From an uncultured bacterium (lineage in GTDB: Bacteria > Desulfobacterota_D > UBA1144 > Nemesobacterales > UBA2774): DNA of 64,000 nt. The notes under the pieces are model-generated. The model searched no databases. It was not told the origin of the DNA and worked only from the letters and a program-made list of their open reading frames with translations. The stretch is taken from the NCBI GenBank assembly GCA_963705505.1, contig CAVPJU010000001.1, positions 96,001-160,000 of the forward strand. The letters are read 5' to 3'. Below, piece after piece: positions 1-9,547 of this stretch. Position numbers and translations under genes: made by a program. The first letter of the stretch is position 1. Each line of letters begins with the position of its first letter.

Positions 1-1
1 A

Positions 2-616
2 GACCAGAAGGAGATTTATTATCTCTACTCCCCTGGCAGGGAATCGATGGAGGCAGGCCCTCACCTTGAAGCTTTTAAAGCCCGGGGACTCGAAGTCCTT
101 TATCTCTATGAGCCTGTGGACGAGTTTGTCATGACGAGCCTCGGGAAGTTTGAGGGTAAGGACCTCGTTTCCGCGGATAATGCGGATATAGAGCTCGGGG
201 GCGCGGCTCCCGAACCGAATGAAAACGCTATGCCCGAAGCCGACGCGAAGGTGCTCTGCGACTGGATAAAGGAAACACTCGGCGACCGTGTGAATGAGGT
301 CAACGTCAGCAGACGGCTCGTGGGAAGTCCCGCTATCGCCCTCAACGCCGATAAGTTCATGACACCTTCGATGAGGCGCATGATGAAGGCGATGAGGAAG
401 GACGCCGATATGAAGCAATCCATAAATCTTGAGATCAACCCGGGACATAAGCTCATAAAAAACCTTGCGGCTTTAAAAGACAGTGATCCTGCGACTGCCG
501 GGCTCGTGGCTGAGCAGATTTTCGATAACGCGCTTATTGCAGGCGGTTTCCTCGAAGACCCGAGGTCTATGGTCGACCGTCTTTACCGCATCCTCGAGCG
601 AGTCTCATCATCCTGA
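2..616 (+). CDS. htpG: Molecular chaperone HtpG (Hsp90), C-terminal part; 5' end outside window
   Basis: Frame open from nt 2 (DQKEIYYL...PHLEAFKARGLEVLYLYEPVDEF...LEINPGHKLI), typical Hsp90 middle/C-terminal motifs. Confidence 0.93.
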   Translation, partial: DQKEIYYLYSPGRESMEAGPHLEAFKARGLEVLYLYEPVDEFVMTSLGKFEGKDLVSADNADIELGGAAPEPNENAMPEADAKVLCDWIKETLGDRVNEVNVSRRLVGSPAIALNADKFMTPSMRRMMKAMRKDADMKQSINLEINPGHKLIKNLAALKDSDPATAGLVAEQIFDNALIAGGFLEDPRSMVDRLYRILERVSSS

Positions 617-679
617 TTTGCGCTCGTAAAGGAAGTGGTCTATTTTCTCTATAGGCCACATTATAATGAGAGGAACAGA

Positions 680-1051
680 ATGCTCACGAAGAAACTTGCC
701 GACCACATTATCATACATTCCCCGTTCTGCGGCGAGATAAGGGAAATAATAGCCGGAGGCGATTATGACAAGCTCGGTATTGCGGTTGCTATCGATATCA
801 AACCCACGACGGCGCATTTTCACAGAACATTCGATGAGATCTACTTCGTTCTCGACGGTGAGCTGGAGCTTGAGTTCTTCGACCCGGCCGCGGATAAGAC
901 CTGGGCGGAAAGCTTGTCCGCAAACGAATTAGTTGTAGTTTCGAAAGGTATACATCATAAGGTCGTCCGGGCATCCGAGCATAACAGGCTATGCGTCGTG
1001 AGCGTTCCCCCGTTTCACGCCGATGATGAAAACCCGTCTGATCAGATTTGA
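680..1051 (+). CDS. Cupin domain protein
   Basis: HFHRTFDEIYFVLDG and GIHHKV cupin motifs; ATG 680 follows AGAGGA. Confidence 0.8.
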   Translation: MLTKKLADHIIIHSPFCGEIREIIAGGDYDKLGIAVAIDIKPTTAHFHRTFDEIYFVLDGELELEFFDPAADKTWAESLSANELVVVSKGIHHKVVRASEHNRLCVVSVPPFHADDENPSDQI

Positions 1052-1130
1052 CGTCTTATCGATATAAGCCCCATCCGGTCGGTACGGCTTATTAAAATAA
1101 AGCGGATAGGATGTGCGCTGTCCCGGTTAT

Positions 1131-1159
1131 TTGATTATACCTTCCATAAAAAGTATAAT
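1131..1159 (+). promoter_or_regulatory. Putative sigma70 promoter of moxR-VWA operon
   Basis: TTGATT-17 nt-TATAAT. Confidence 0.55.
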
Positions 1160-1254
1160 TTTTAGTGATGTACGGGGTTAGAAACTGGTCCGAGAGCCAT
1201 CGTTTACGCAGTCCCCACCGAATGAAATTCTATAACAGTTAAGGGGTTTTGAAC

Positions 1255-2091
1255 ATGAAATTCGAAGGCACAGAAAATTATATATCCACGCGTGACTTGA
1301 ATCTTGCCGTCAACGCTTCCATCACCCTACAGAGGCCGCTCTTGATCAAGGGAGAGCCGGGGACAGGAAAGACCATGCTCGCTTTCGAGGTTGCGGAAGC
1401 CCTGGGGAAGGAATTAATCACCTGGCACGTTAAGTCCTCTACGACCGCGCAGCAGGGTCTTTACGAGTACGACGCCGTATCCCGCCTCCGCGATTCACAG
1501 CTCGGGGACGAAAGGGTTAACGACATTTCCAACTATATAAAAAAGGGGAAGCTGTGGGAGGCCTTCGAATCCGATGAACAGGTCGTCCTGCTCATCGACG
1601 AGATAGACAAGGCCGATATAGAGTTCCCTAACGACCTCCTTTTGGAGCTCGACCGTATGGAGTTTTACTGCTATGAGCTCAGGAAAACCATAAACGCGAA
1701 AGTGCGTCCCATTATCATCATCACGTCCAATAACGAAAAAGAGCTCCCCGACGCATTCTTGAGGAGATGCTTCTTCCATTACATAAGCTTTCCCGACAGG
1801 GAAACCCTGAAAGCGATAGTCAGGGTCCATTACCCGAAACTCGAGAATAAGCTCGTCGAGAACGCCATGAACGTATTTTACAACCTCAGGGAAATAGACG
1901 GTCTCAAGAAAAAGCCCTCGACGAGCGAGCTCATCGACTGGCTCAAGCTCATAATGGTCGGGAAGATCACGGAATCGGAATTGGGCTCGGTGGATTTCTC
2001 GGAAAAACTACCGCCGTTCGCGGGCGCATTGCTCAAGAACGAGCAGGATCATGAGCTTCTTACGCGTATAAAGCTCAGATTCAGGCGTTGA
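1255..2091 (+). CDS. MoxR-family AAA+ ATPase
   Basis: Walker A GEPGTGKT, Walker B LLIDEIDKA, LPDAFLRRC. Confidence 0.9.
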   Translation: MKFEGTENYISTRDLNLAVNASITLQRPLLIKGEPGTGKTMLAFEVAEALGKELITWHVKSSTTAQQGLYEYDAVSRLRDSQLGDERVNDISNYIKKGKLWEAFESDEQVVLLIDEIDKADIEFPNDLLLELDRMEFYCYELRKTINAKVRPIIIITSNNEKELPDAFLRRCFFHYISFPDRETLKAIVRVHYPKLENKLVENAMNVFYNLREIDGLKKKPSTSELIDWLKLIMVGKITESELGSVDFSEKLPPFAGALLKNEQDHELLTRIKLRFRR

Positions 2092-2129
2092 TTCCGGCTT
2101 CGGGAAGAATATTGAATTAAGGGTGCGAA

Positions 2130-3332
2130 ATGTTTTTAGACTTTTTTCTGCTGCTCAAGCACGACGGCATACCGGTAACGATCAGGGAATACCTCACTTT
2201 CCTCGAGGCTCTCGACGAGGGGATAGCCGAGTACAACGTCGACGATTTCTATTACCTTTCCCGCACATCCCTTATCAAGCACGAGCACCATCTCGACAGG
2301 TTCGACCTGCTGTTCAAGTATTTCTTCGAAGGTGTTGAGAAGATCGATACGGAAGAGTTTATGAAGATACCGGAGGACTGGCTCAGGAAGAGCTTCGTTA
2401 ACGCTTTGACCGACGAAGAAAAAGAGCTGATTAAATCCATGGGGGGGCTCGATAAGCTGCTCGAACGTTTGAGGGAGCTGATGAAGGAGCAGAAGAAAAG
2501 ACACCAGGGCGGTAATAAGTGGATAGGGACAGGCGGGACGTCTCCATTCGGCGCTTACGGATACAACCCGGAAGGCATCAGGATAGGGCAGGATGAGAGC
2601 AGGCACAGGAGGGCCGTTAAGGTTTGGGACAAGCGTGAGTTCAGGGACCTCGACGACGGAGTGGAGCTTCAGACGAGGAATATGAAAATGGCGCTCCGGA
2701 GGCTCCGCATACTGACACGCGAGGGTGTGGACGAGGAGCTCGATCTCGACAAGACGATCGATAAGACATCCAGGAACGCCGGCTTTCTGGAGCTCGAGAT
2801 GGTTCCGGCAAAGAAAAACAACGTGAAGGTGCTCCTCTTTCTCGACATCGGAGGGTCGATGGACGACCACATAGAGCTTTGCTCCCGTCTCTTTTCGGCT
2901 GCAAAATATGAATTCAAGCATCTGGAGCATTACTATTTCCACAACTGCCTTTACGAGTCAGTCTGGAAAAATAACAGGAGGAGATGGCAGGAAGCGATTC
3001 CCACGTTCCAGGTCCTCCATACCTACAACAGCGACTACAAGGTGATCGTAGTGGGCGACGCCTCCATGTCCCCCTATGAGCTCCTATATCAGAACGGGAG
3101 CGTCGAGCACAATAACGATGAGCCGGGTTTCGTATGGCTCGATCGTCTGAAGAACCATTATCCCGACATCGTGTGGCTCAATCCCGTGCCCGTTAAGCAG
3201 TGGAAATATACGGAGTCTATAGGCATGGTGAAGGAGTTCATGAAAGACCGCATGTTCCCGCTGACTCTTTCGGGCCTGCAGCAAGCGATCAAAGCCCTTA
3301 AGGACAAGAAAGTGAAGTACGAAGGGCACTGA
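2130..3332 (+). CDS. VWA domain protein (CoxE-like), MoxR partner
   Basis: MIDAS-like DIGGSM, GGNKWIGTGGTSPFG, VIVVGDASMSPYE; directly downstream of MoxR. Confidence 0.85.
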   Translation: MFLDFFLLLKHDGIPVTIREYLTFLEALDEGIAEYNVDDFYYLSRTSLIKHEHHLDRFDLLFKYFFEGVEKIDTEEFMKIPEDWLRKSFVNALTDEEKELIKSMGGLDKLLERLRELMKEQKKRHQGGNKWIGTGGTSPFGAYGYNPEGIRIGQDESRHRRAVKVWDKREFRDLDDGVELQTRNMKMALRRLRILTREGVDEELDLDKTIDKTSRNAGFLELEMVPAKKNNVKVLLFLDIGGSMDDHIELCSRLFSAAKYEFKHLEHYYFHNCLYESVWKNNRRRWQEAIPTFQVLHTYNSDYKVIVVGDASMSPYELLYQNGSVEHNNDEPGFVWLDRLKNHYPDIVWLNPVPVKQWKYTESIGMVKEFMKDRMFPLTLSGLQQAIKALKDKKVKYEGH

Positions 3333-3376
3333 GCTGCCCCGTATACCACTTTATCTAAACTAATACATTTACATTC

Positions 3377-3837
3377 ATGCCCCTCGCCATAGACCACATC
3401 AACATCGTAGTTTCGGATCTCGAAAAATCGGTCAGGTTCTACACTGAGCTGCTCGGTTTCAGGGAGTCTAAAAGGGCGCATTTGGAAGGCGAGTGGATTG
3501 AATCTATCGTTGGGCTTAAGGGAGTGGTCGCGGACGTCGCATTCATACTCGCCCCGGCCGGCGAGCCGAGGATAGAGCTTCTATGCTATAAAACGCCAAA
3601 GGGCGAGGCCATACCCGCGAATTCCTTTGCAAATACAATCGGCATACGTCACATAGCGTTGAGAGTGGACGATATTTATGCGGCTGCGGGAGAGCTTGAA
3701 GAATGCCGGGTGTGAAGCTGCTTGGCGAGCCTGTCGTTGTTCCCGAGGCGGTCGTCACACACGATGCGGGCCACAAGATGCTCTGCTACTTCCACGACCC
3801 TGACGGTGTGCTTCTCGAAATTACGGAGTATAAGTAG
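3377..3837 (+). CDS. VOC/glyoxalase family protein, frameshifted near 3690-3710
   Basis: IDHINIVVSDLEKSVRFY and RHIALRVDD in first frame; C-terminal YFHDPDGVLLEITEYK* in another frame ending 3837. Confidence 0.8.
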
Positions 3838-3886
3838 TGACTAAATGAGTTGGCCGACACGCGTCTCTGCCCGGCTTGAAAGTATC

Positions 3887-4384
3887 CTAATCAGGGCTCG
3901 AGATTTCTCTGAGCGTTTCGTTGGAAATACCTGGCCCCCTCTCGATGAATTCCCCGTTCGGTCCGTAGATGATGAAGAACGGTATCGAATGCAGGTCGTA
4001 ATACCTGACGAGAGGGTTTTCCCAGTTAATTATGTTTATCTCCCGCAAGGCGAGTTTATTGCTGTTCTCTGCGAACTCTTCCAACTTCGGTTTCAGTATC
4101 CTGCACGGTCCGCACCAATCCGCATAAAACAGGAAAGCTGTATACTTCCCGGGTTCCAAATACTCGATGAGGTCTATTAATTTCCCCCTGCTGATGACCT
4201 CTACTTTTTCGGAGCCATTTTGCGTTCCGGTTAGCTTGTAATTATTCGGCGTGTCGGCGTTCACGTTCGGAACGGAGGCGGATCGGCTTTCGTTCGCACA
4301 TATGTCCGTCTTCCCGGATGCCGGATGACAGAGTGACAGAATTATAATGCCGGCAATAAGAAACCGGCTCAGACTCGTTTTCAT
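3887..4384 (-). CDS. Exported thioredoxin-family protein
   Basis: FYADWCGPC active site; N-terminal signal-like hydrophobic stretch. Confidence 0.8.
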   Translation of the reverse strand: MKTSLSRFLIAGIIILSLCHPASGKTDICANESRSASVPNVNADTPNNYKLTGTQNGSEKVEVISRGKLIDLIEYLEPGKYTAFLFYADWCGPCRILKPKLEEFAENSNKLALREINIINWENPLVRYYDLHSIPFFIIYGPNGEFIERGPGISNETLREISSPD

Positions 4385-4486
4385 TATAGATTTACCTTCA
4401 GGCCCGATATTGCTATTCAATAATTATACGTTGTTAATTGCATGTAACAATCGTTTAGGCAGTGTCGGGATTAAATTTATAAACGG

Positions 4487-5368
4487 TCAATCGAAGATCA
4501 GCGTGCGGTTCCCGTATACGAGAATTTTCCGTTTGAGGTGGTACCAGATAGCCTGAGAGAGGACGACCTTTTCGAGCTCTCTTCCTTTCCTTATCAGGTC
4601 GTCGACGCTGTCCTTGTGGGTTATTCGCACGACGTTCTGCTCGATTATAGGTCCTGAGTCAAGCTCGGCTGTAACGTAGTGGCTTGTAGCGCCGATGATC
4701 TTGACCCCCCTCTCGTACGCCGAATGGTAGGGCCTTGCCCCCGGGAATGCCGGAAGGAACGAGTGGTGGATATTGATTATCCTGTTGGGGTAATGGGAGA
4801 CGAAATCGTCGCTCAGTATCTGCATATATCTGGCGAGCACTATGAAATCGATTCCGTACTGCTTCAGCACGTCGAGCTGCTTTTGCTCGGCCGCACTTTT
4901 GTTATCCTTGACGTCCGGCGTGACGTGGAAATCGATCCCGTGTGTCCTGGCGACGGACTCGAGGTCACTATGGTTGCTTATGATGAGGGGTATCTCCGCG
5001 TTCCACTGCTCCGACTGCCAGCGCGAGAGAATGTCGTGGAGGCAGTGCGGGAGTTTTGAGACGAAGACGGCCATGCGCGGGGTGTAATCCGAGAAATAGA
5101 GGCTCCACTTCATCCCGAATTTCTCCGCAATGAGCGTCTGGAAATACTCTCCGATTTTTTCAGCCGGGATCGTGAAATTCTTCAAATCCCATTCCACCCG
5201 CATGAAGAAAACCTTTTCCTGCGTATCCACGTGCTGATCGAGGTATATGATGTTCCCTTCGTTCTTGAAGATGAATTCCGTGATCGTGGCGACGAGCCCC
5301 TTCCTGTCCGGGCAGTGTACGAGCAGTATGGCCGAGCGGGTTTTTTCTTTTTCTTCTTTGTTACTCAT
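4487..5368 (-). CDS. purU: Formyltetrahydrofolate deformylase
   Basis: ACT domain (CPDRKGLVA), LARYMQIL, INIHHSFLPAF, GVKIIGATSHYVT. Confidence 0.95.
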   Translation of the reverse strand: MSNKEEKEKTRSAILLVHCPDRKGLVATITEFIFKNEGNIIYLDQHVDTQEKVFFMRVEWDLKNFTIPAEKIGEYFQTLIAEKFGMKWSLYFSDYTPRMAVFVSKLPHCLHDILSRWQSEQWNAEIPLIISNHSDLESVARTHGIDFHVTPDVKDNKSAAEQKQLDVLKQYGIDFIVLARYMQILSDDFVSHYPNRIINIHHSFLPAFPGARPYHSAYERGVKIIGATSHYVTAELDSGPIIEQNVVRITHKDSVDDLIRKGRELEKVVLSQAIWYHLKRKILVYGNRTLIFD

Positions 5369-5406
5369 TGCGATTCACCGGGAGATAGCTGCACTTAGCG
5401 ACAGGA

Positions 5407-5778
5407 TCAGTCCCTTCCCATAAGCTCGTAAATTTCGTCGTCCGACAGTCCGAAGTAGTGTCCTAACTCGTGCTGGAGCACTTCGTTGACTCTATCTTCG
5501 ATCTCCCTTTCGTTCCTGCAGACCTTTTCGATGTCCTTTTGATAAAGAACTATCTCATCGGGAAATCTTATGCCCTGCCATATGCTCCGTAAATGAAGCG
5601 GCGTCCCCCTGTATAGCCCGAGGAGCAGCCCTTCGTTTCTGATCTTGAGTTTCTCAAGGTCTTCCCTGGTCGGATAGTCCTCGACCTTGATAACCACGTT
5701 ATCGATTTTATCCCTAAATTGATCGGGGATCTTGTGATAAGCCCTGTCTACGAGTTCTTCAAACTTTTTTCTTTCCAA
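5407..5778 (-). CDS. Zincin-like metallopeptidase family protein
   Basis: LLGLYRG, PDEIVLYQ, HELGHYFG (HExxH). Confidence 0.85.
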   Translation of the reverse strand: MERKKFEELVDRAYHKIPDQFRDKIDNVVIKVEDYPTREDLEKLKIRNEGLLLGLYRGTPLHLRSIWQGIRFPDEIVLYQKDIEKVCRNEREIEDRVNEVLQHELGHYFGLSDDEIYELMGRD

Positions 5779-5843
5779 TCGTTTATTCGGTAATTATCAC
5801 GGGATTTAAGACATACTAATATTATAATAACACGAGCGGGCTT

Positions 5844-6053
5844 TCAATCGTCATTGGCAACGGACGTAAACCCGGCGGGTTTTGTAATAGTTTTCACCGT
5901 CTTATCGTCTGCTCTCTCGCTCGGCGCGGCGACTTCTTCCAGCACCTCCGCGACGACCCTGTGGAATAAGTCCGTTTTCCCCTGGGATATCTCCTCCAGC
6001 GTTTCCCTCAGGATTCCTTCGAGATTTTTCCCGGCCTGTCTGGGTTTATCCAT
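5844..6053 (-). CDS. Small hypothetical protein
   Basis: 69-aa ATG ORF co-oriented with neighbours; no recognised motif. Confidence 0.45.
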   Translation of the reverse strand: MDKPRQAGKNLEGILRETLEEISQGKTDLFHRVVAEVLEEVAAPSERADDKTVKTITKPAGFTSVANDD

Positions 6054-6237
6054 TTTTTTATGTCGATGATTGAATTTATGAGAAAGTATAATGCCTTAAT
6101 TCATGAGCGGGATATAATAATTTTGTCTGAGTGAAAAATATGCTTAATTATAATTTTTGAAGCGGGTTATGGGGACAGGAGCGCCTGTCGCGGCGGTAAA
6201 TTATCTCGTGCGGACGGGCCTGGGTTCCGGATAATTT

Positions 6238-6870
6238 TCAGTAGCCGCGGAGAATGGAGAACTCCCGATCTTCCGGCTCCTCTTTTCTTAAATTTCCCAC
6301 GAATGAGATGAGCTCCGGAAAGAACGCGTTGAAGTTGGTCTCGAGCTCTATATAATTCGATTCTACCTCCTCAATCGCCCCCTGAAGGGCGTTCTCCCTA
6401 TCGAATCGTCTCCTGAGTCTTTCGGATATGCGGTCTATGGCTTTGCCTGTCCCGTCGAGCGTGCAATACGAGCCGAGCCAGTCTTCGTCTATCATCCTGG
6501 GCAGGAAAAAGCGCAATCTTTCGGGGAGCGTCGTTCTGTGCCTCTTTAACAGCTCATATGCGTTACGGATAAAGAGGTCGAGCTCCGTATCCGAATAGGA
6601 TGCCCAGTTCTTTGCGAGGAAGTGATCGAAAGCGAGGTCAATTATAATGCCTGCGAACCTTCTCCTCCCGGGACTCATCAGTCTTTTGCTCGCTCTAAAT
6701 TTCTCGTGAGAGTCCGTGAATACGTCGACTTTCCTGTGCGTCCTTATCCCTTTTGCAATCTCGGGGTGATAATTATTCCCTATCGCACCCTTCACGAAAT
6801 CCCCCATCATGTTTCCGAGAATCGACTCTTCCGAGTCCTCCGCGAGATAAATGTGTGCGAGGTAGTTCAT
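6238..6870 (-). CDS. acpH: ACP phosphodiesterase (AcpH/DUF479)
   Basis: MNYLAHIYLA, GNMMGDFVKG, HRKVDVFTDSH, FDHFLA. Confidence 0.85.
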   Translation of the reverse strand: MNYLAHIYLAEDSEESILGNMMGDFVKGAIGNNYHPEIAKGIRTHRKVDVFTDSHEKFRASKRLMSPGRRRFAGIIIDLAFDHFLAKNWASYSDTELDLFIRNAYELLKRHRTTLPERLRFFLPRMIDEDWLGSYCTLDGTGKAIDRISERLRRRFDRENALQGAIEEVESNYIELETNFNAFFPELISFVGNLRKEEPEDREFSILRGY

Positions 6871-6955
6871 GCTGTCCTTAGTATACCCGGATGGGAATCC
6901 ATACCTTCGGCGTTTTAGCTGCCGGTCCGGGAACGGCGAAAATGATGAACGGTTA

Positions 6956-7402
6956 TTACTCTATTCCGACCAGCTCCACATCGAAAATAAGCGTGGAATT
7001 GGGCGGGATCACGGGCGGGTAACCCCTCTCGCCGTAGGCGAGGCCGGGCGGTATAATGAGCTCGCGCTTTCCTCCGACCTTCATATCCGCAATGCCTTCG
7101 TCCCAGCCTTTGATTACCTGTCCCACACCGAGAGTGAACTCAATGGGCTCCCCTCGCTCGACCGAGCTGTCAAACACGGTCCCGTCCTGCAATTTGCCCG
7201 TATAATGGACTTTAACCTTCTGTCCAATTTGGGGTTTCGGACCGCTCCCTTCCTCGATAATAATATATTCGAGCCCGGATGCGGTTTTCTGCACCTGGGG
7301 ACTGTTCTTCTTTTCGCCCGCGTTCGCATTGAAGACCGTAAGGTTAAAAGCGATTAATGTCAAAATAGTGAAAATCGTGATTCCCGTAAAGTTCTCTATC
7401 AT
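6956..7402 (-). CDS. Exported FKBP-type peptidyl-prolyl isomerase
   Basis: [44 protein letters not shown]; start 7402 chosen from GAGGAG RBS. Confidence 0.92.
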   Translation of the reverse strand: MIENFTGITIFTILTLIAFNLTVFNANAGEKKNSPQVQKTASGLEYIIIEEGSGPKPQIGQKVKVHYTGKLQDGTVFDSSVERGEPIEFTLGVGQVIKGWDEGIADMKVGGKRELIIPPGLAYGERGYPPVIPPNSTLIFDVELVGIE

Positions 7403-7615
7403 TTTGTTCTCCTCACTCCTTGTGGATTTCTTATTTTGATTGAAGCTGAAACCAGAGAAATAATTACACCATGCCCTTTCACAGGCGGGGTCATATATGA
7501 CAAATACCTTAACTGAATCTATGTGAATTTTCATGCTTATATTTTGTGATTGTTTGTACGGGATGCGACAGGTCGACGCGTGTCGGTCGGCCGTTTTTTA
7601 TAACCCGGAACGGGA

Positions 7616-7649
7616 TTGACAAGTACTTTTTACCCTGAATAAATATTCA
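7616..7649 (+). promoter_or_regulatory. Putative sigma70 -35 with overlapping palindromic operator upstream of enoyl-CoA hydratase
   Basis: TTGACA at 7616; inverted repeat TGAAT-AAAT-ATTCA at 7636-7649 over the -10 region. Confidence 0.45.
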
Positions 7650-7692
7650 TTTCAGGTAGGGGTGCTGAATCAAATAGTAGAGGAGGAGTCTT

Positions 7693-8478
7693 ATGGGATT
7701 TCAGTTTATAAGCTATGAAAGAATACCGAACAGTATCGGTATTCTTACGATCAACCGTCCGAATGTGCTCAACGCGCTAAATTGGGACACGCTCGGGGAG
7801 CTGAGAGAGTTCCTCGAGGATGTCTTGCCTAAAGAAGAATTAAAAGTGCTGATTTTTACCGGAGCCGGGGATAAGGCGTTCGTCGCCGGAGCCGATATCG
7901 CACAGATGAACGAGATGAAGGAAAGAGACTTCCAGGACTATGTTGATTATGCCCACAGGGTATACGAGCTTATAGAGAACGAGTCCTGCCCCTCTATCGC
8001 GGCCATAAACGGATACGCCCTCGGCGGCGGCTGCGAGCTCGCTCTCGCCTGTGATATCCGAATAGCGTCTGAAAAGGCGAGGCTTGGGTTCCCCGAAGTA
8101 AAGCTCGGCATATTCCCGGGGTGGGGCGGGACACAGCGTGTTACGAGGATTCTTGGGCTCGGAAAGACCAAAGAGCTCGTGTTCACGGGCGAGATGATAA
8201 ACGCCGAAGAAGCCCTCAGAATAGGACTTGTAGAAAGGGTTGTCCCTCACGAAGAAATCATGAATGAAGCGAAAAAGCTCGCGGGCGAGATAGCAAAAAG
8301 AGGACCCATAGCCGTAAGGCTCTCCAAAACCGCCATCAACGCCGGCTCGGAAATGGACTTGCAGAAGGCGCTCCTCCTAGAGAAGACTCTCGTTTCGCTC
8401 TGTTTCGATTCCAAGGACAGAGTAGAAGGGATGAATGCATTTTTGGAGAAGAGAGAGCCTGCTTTTACAGGCGAGTAA
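7693..8478 (+). CDS. Enoyl-CoA hydratase (crotonase family)
   Basis: AFVAGADI, INGYALGGGCELALACDIR, PEVKLGIFPGWGGTQR. Confidence 0.93.
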   Translation: MGFQFISYERIPNSIGILTINRPNVLNALNWDTLGELREFLEDVLPKEELKVLIFTGAGDKAFVAGADIAQMNEMKERDFQDYVDYAHRVYELIENESCPSIAAINGYALGGGCELALACDIRIASEKARLGFPEVKLGIFPGWGGTQRVTRILGLGKTKELVFTGEMINAEEALRIGLVERVVPHEEIMNEAKKLAGEIAKRGPIAVRLSKTAINAGSEMDLQKALLLEKTLVSLCFDSKDRVEGMNAFLEKREPAFTGE

Positions 8479-8615
8479 GAATTCCGGGAGCCGGGAAATT
8501 TCAATCCGGCTCCGCGAACTCAATGTTGTAAGATCTTTACTCCCGGTTTATCCCCCCTTCCTTCTAAAAGGGCGGAAAGCCCGTTAGAGGGCTCCGTACC
8601 CGCCCTCCCGTCAGG

Positions 8616-8643
8616 TTGACAAAAACCTCAATAGGAATAAAAT
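8616..8643 (+). promoter_or_regulatory. Putative sigma70 promoter of the SDR gene
   Basis: TTGACA-16 nt-TAAAAT. Confidence 0.45.
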
Positions 8644-8699
8644 CTATAATCCTGACTTTTTAATACGACTGTAGAGTTACGAGCTCTAGGAGGTGTTAT

Positions 8700-9455
8700 A
8701 TGCTTGAACAGATGCACGATTTATCTGGCAAAGTTGCAATAGTAACCGGGGGTTCGAGAGGGATCGGAAGGGCGATTTGTCTTGCTTTGGCTGAGGCGGG
8801 AGCGGATATCCTGCTCAACTATTCGCGCAGCGATAAGGAAGCGGATAAGGTGAAGAAGGATGTTGAGAAATTCGGGAGGAAGTGCGTTACCGTAAGAGCG
8901 AATGTGGGGAATTTCCAGCAGGCACAGGGACTCGGTAAAGCGGTTATGAACCATTTCGGCAAGGTTGACATACTGGTTAACAACGCCGGGATCAACAGGG
9001 ACAGAACTCTTAAAAGAATGACATTCGAGCAGTGGAACGAAGTAATACAGACTAACCTGTCAAGCGTGTTTAATTGTACGAAAGCCGTGATCGATCCCAT
9101 GTCTGAGCACGGGGGTGTAATAATTTCCATATCTTCGATCATCGGCGAAATGGGTAACCTCGGCCAGTGCAACTACGCTGCGACCAAGGCGGGCATAATC
9201 GGTTTTACGAAAACTATGGCGAGGGAGCTCGCGAAGAGCAATATACGGGTGAACGCCGTTGCCCCGGGGTTTGTAGAGACGGACATGCTCGGCACGGTGC
9301 CTGAAGACATTCGCGACCAGATTAAGAAGGAAATCGCTCTCGGCAGATTCGGCACCCCTGAGGAGATCGCGCTTGCGGTGGTTTATCTCTGCTCCTCGGC
9401 AGCGAGCTGGATCACAGGTGTAACATTGAGGATCAACGGCGGACATTACATCTAA
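8700..9455 (+). CDS. phaB: Acetoacetyl-CoA reductase / 3-oxoacyl reductase (PhaB/FabG-like SDR)
   Basis: TGGSRGIG, NNAGINRD, YAATK; convergent with PHA synthase. The phaB call rests on context. Confidence 0.7.
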   Translation: MLEQMHDLSGKVAIVTGGSRGIGRAICLALAEAGADILLNYSRSDKEADKVKKDVEKFGRKCVTVRANVGNFQQAQGLGKAVMNHFGKVDILVNNAGINRDRTLKRMTFEQWNEVIQTNLSSVFNCTKAVIDPMSEHGGVIISISSIIGEMGNLGQCNYAATKAGIIGFTKTMARELAKSNIRVNAVAPGFVETDMLGTVPEDIRDQIKKEIALGRFGTPEEIALAVVYLCSSAASWITGVTLRINGGHYI

Positions 9456-9547
9456 AGTTAATATAAGAAATCCGTATTTGTGATGATCTGCCGGAGTAGA
9501 TAAACTCACAAATACGGATCGTATCTTTCGGTTTTATTTATATTAAG

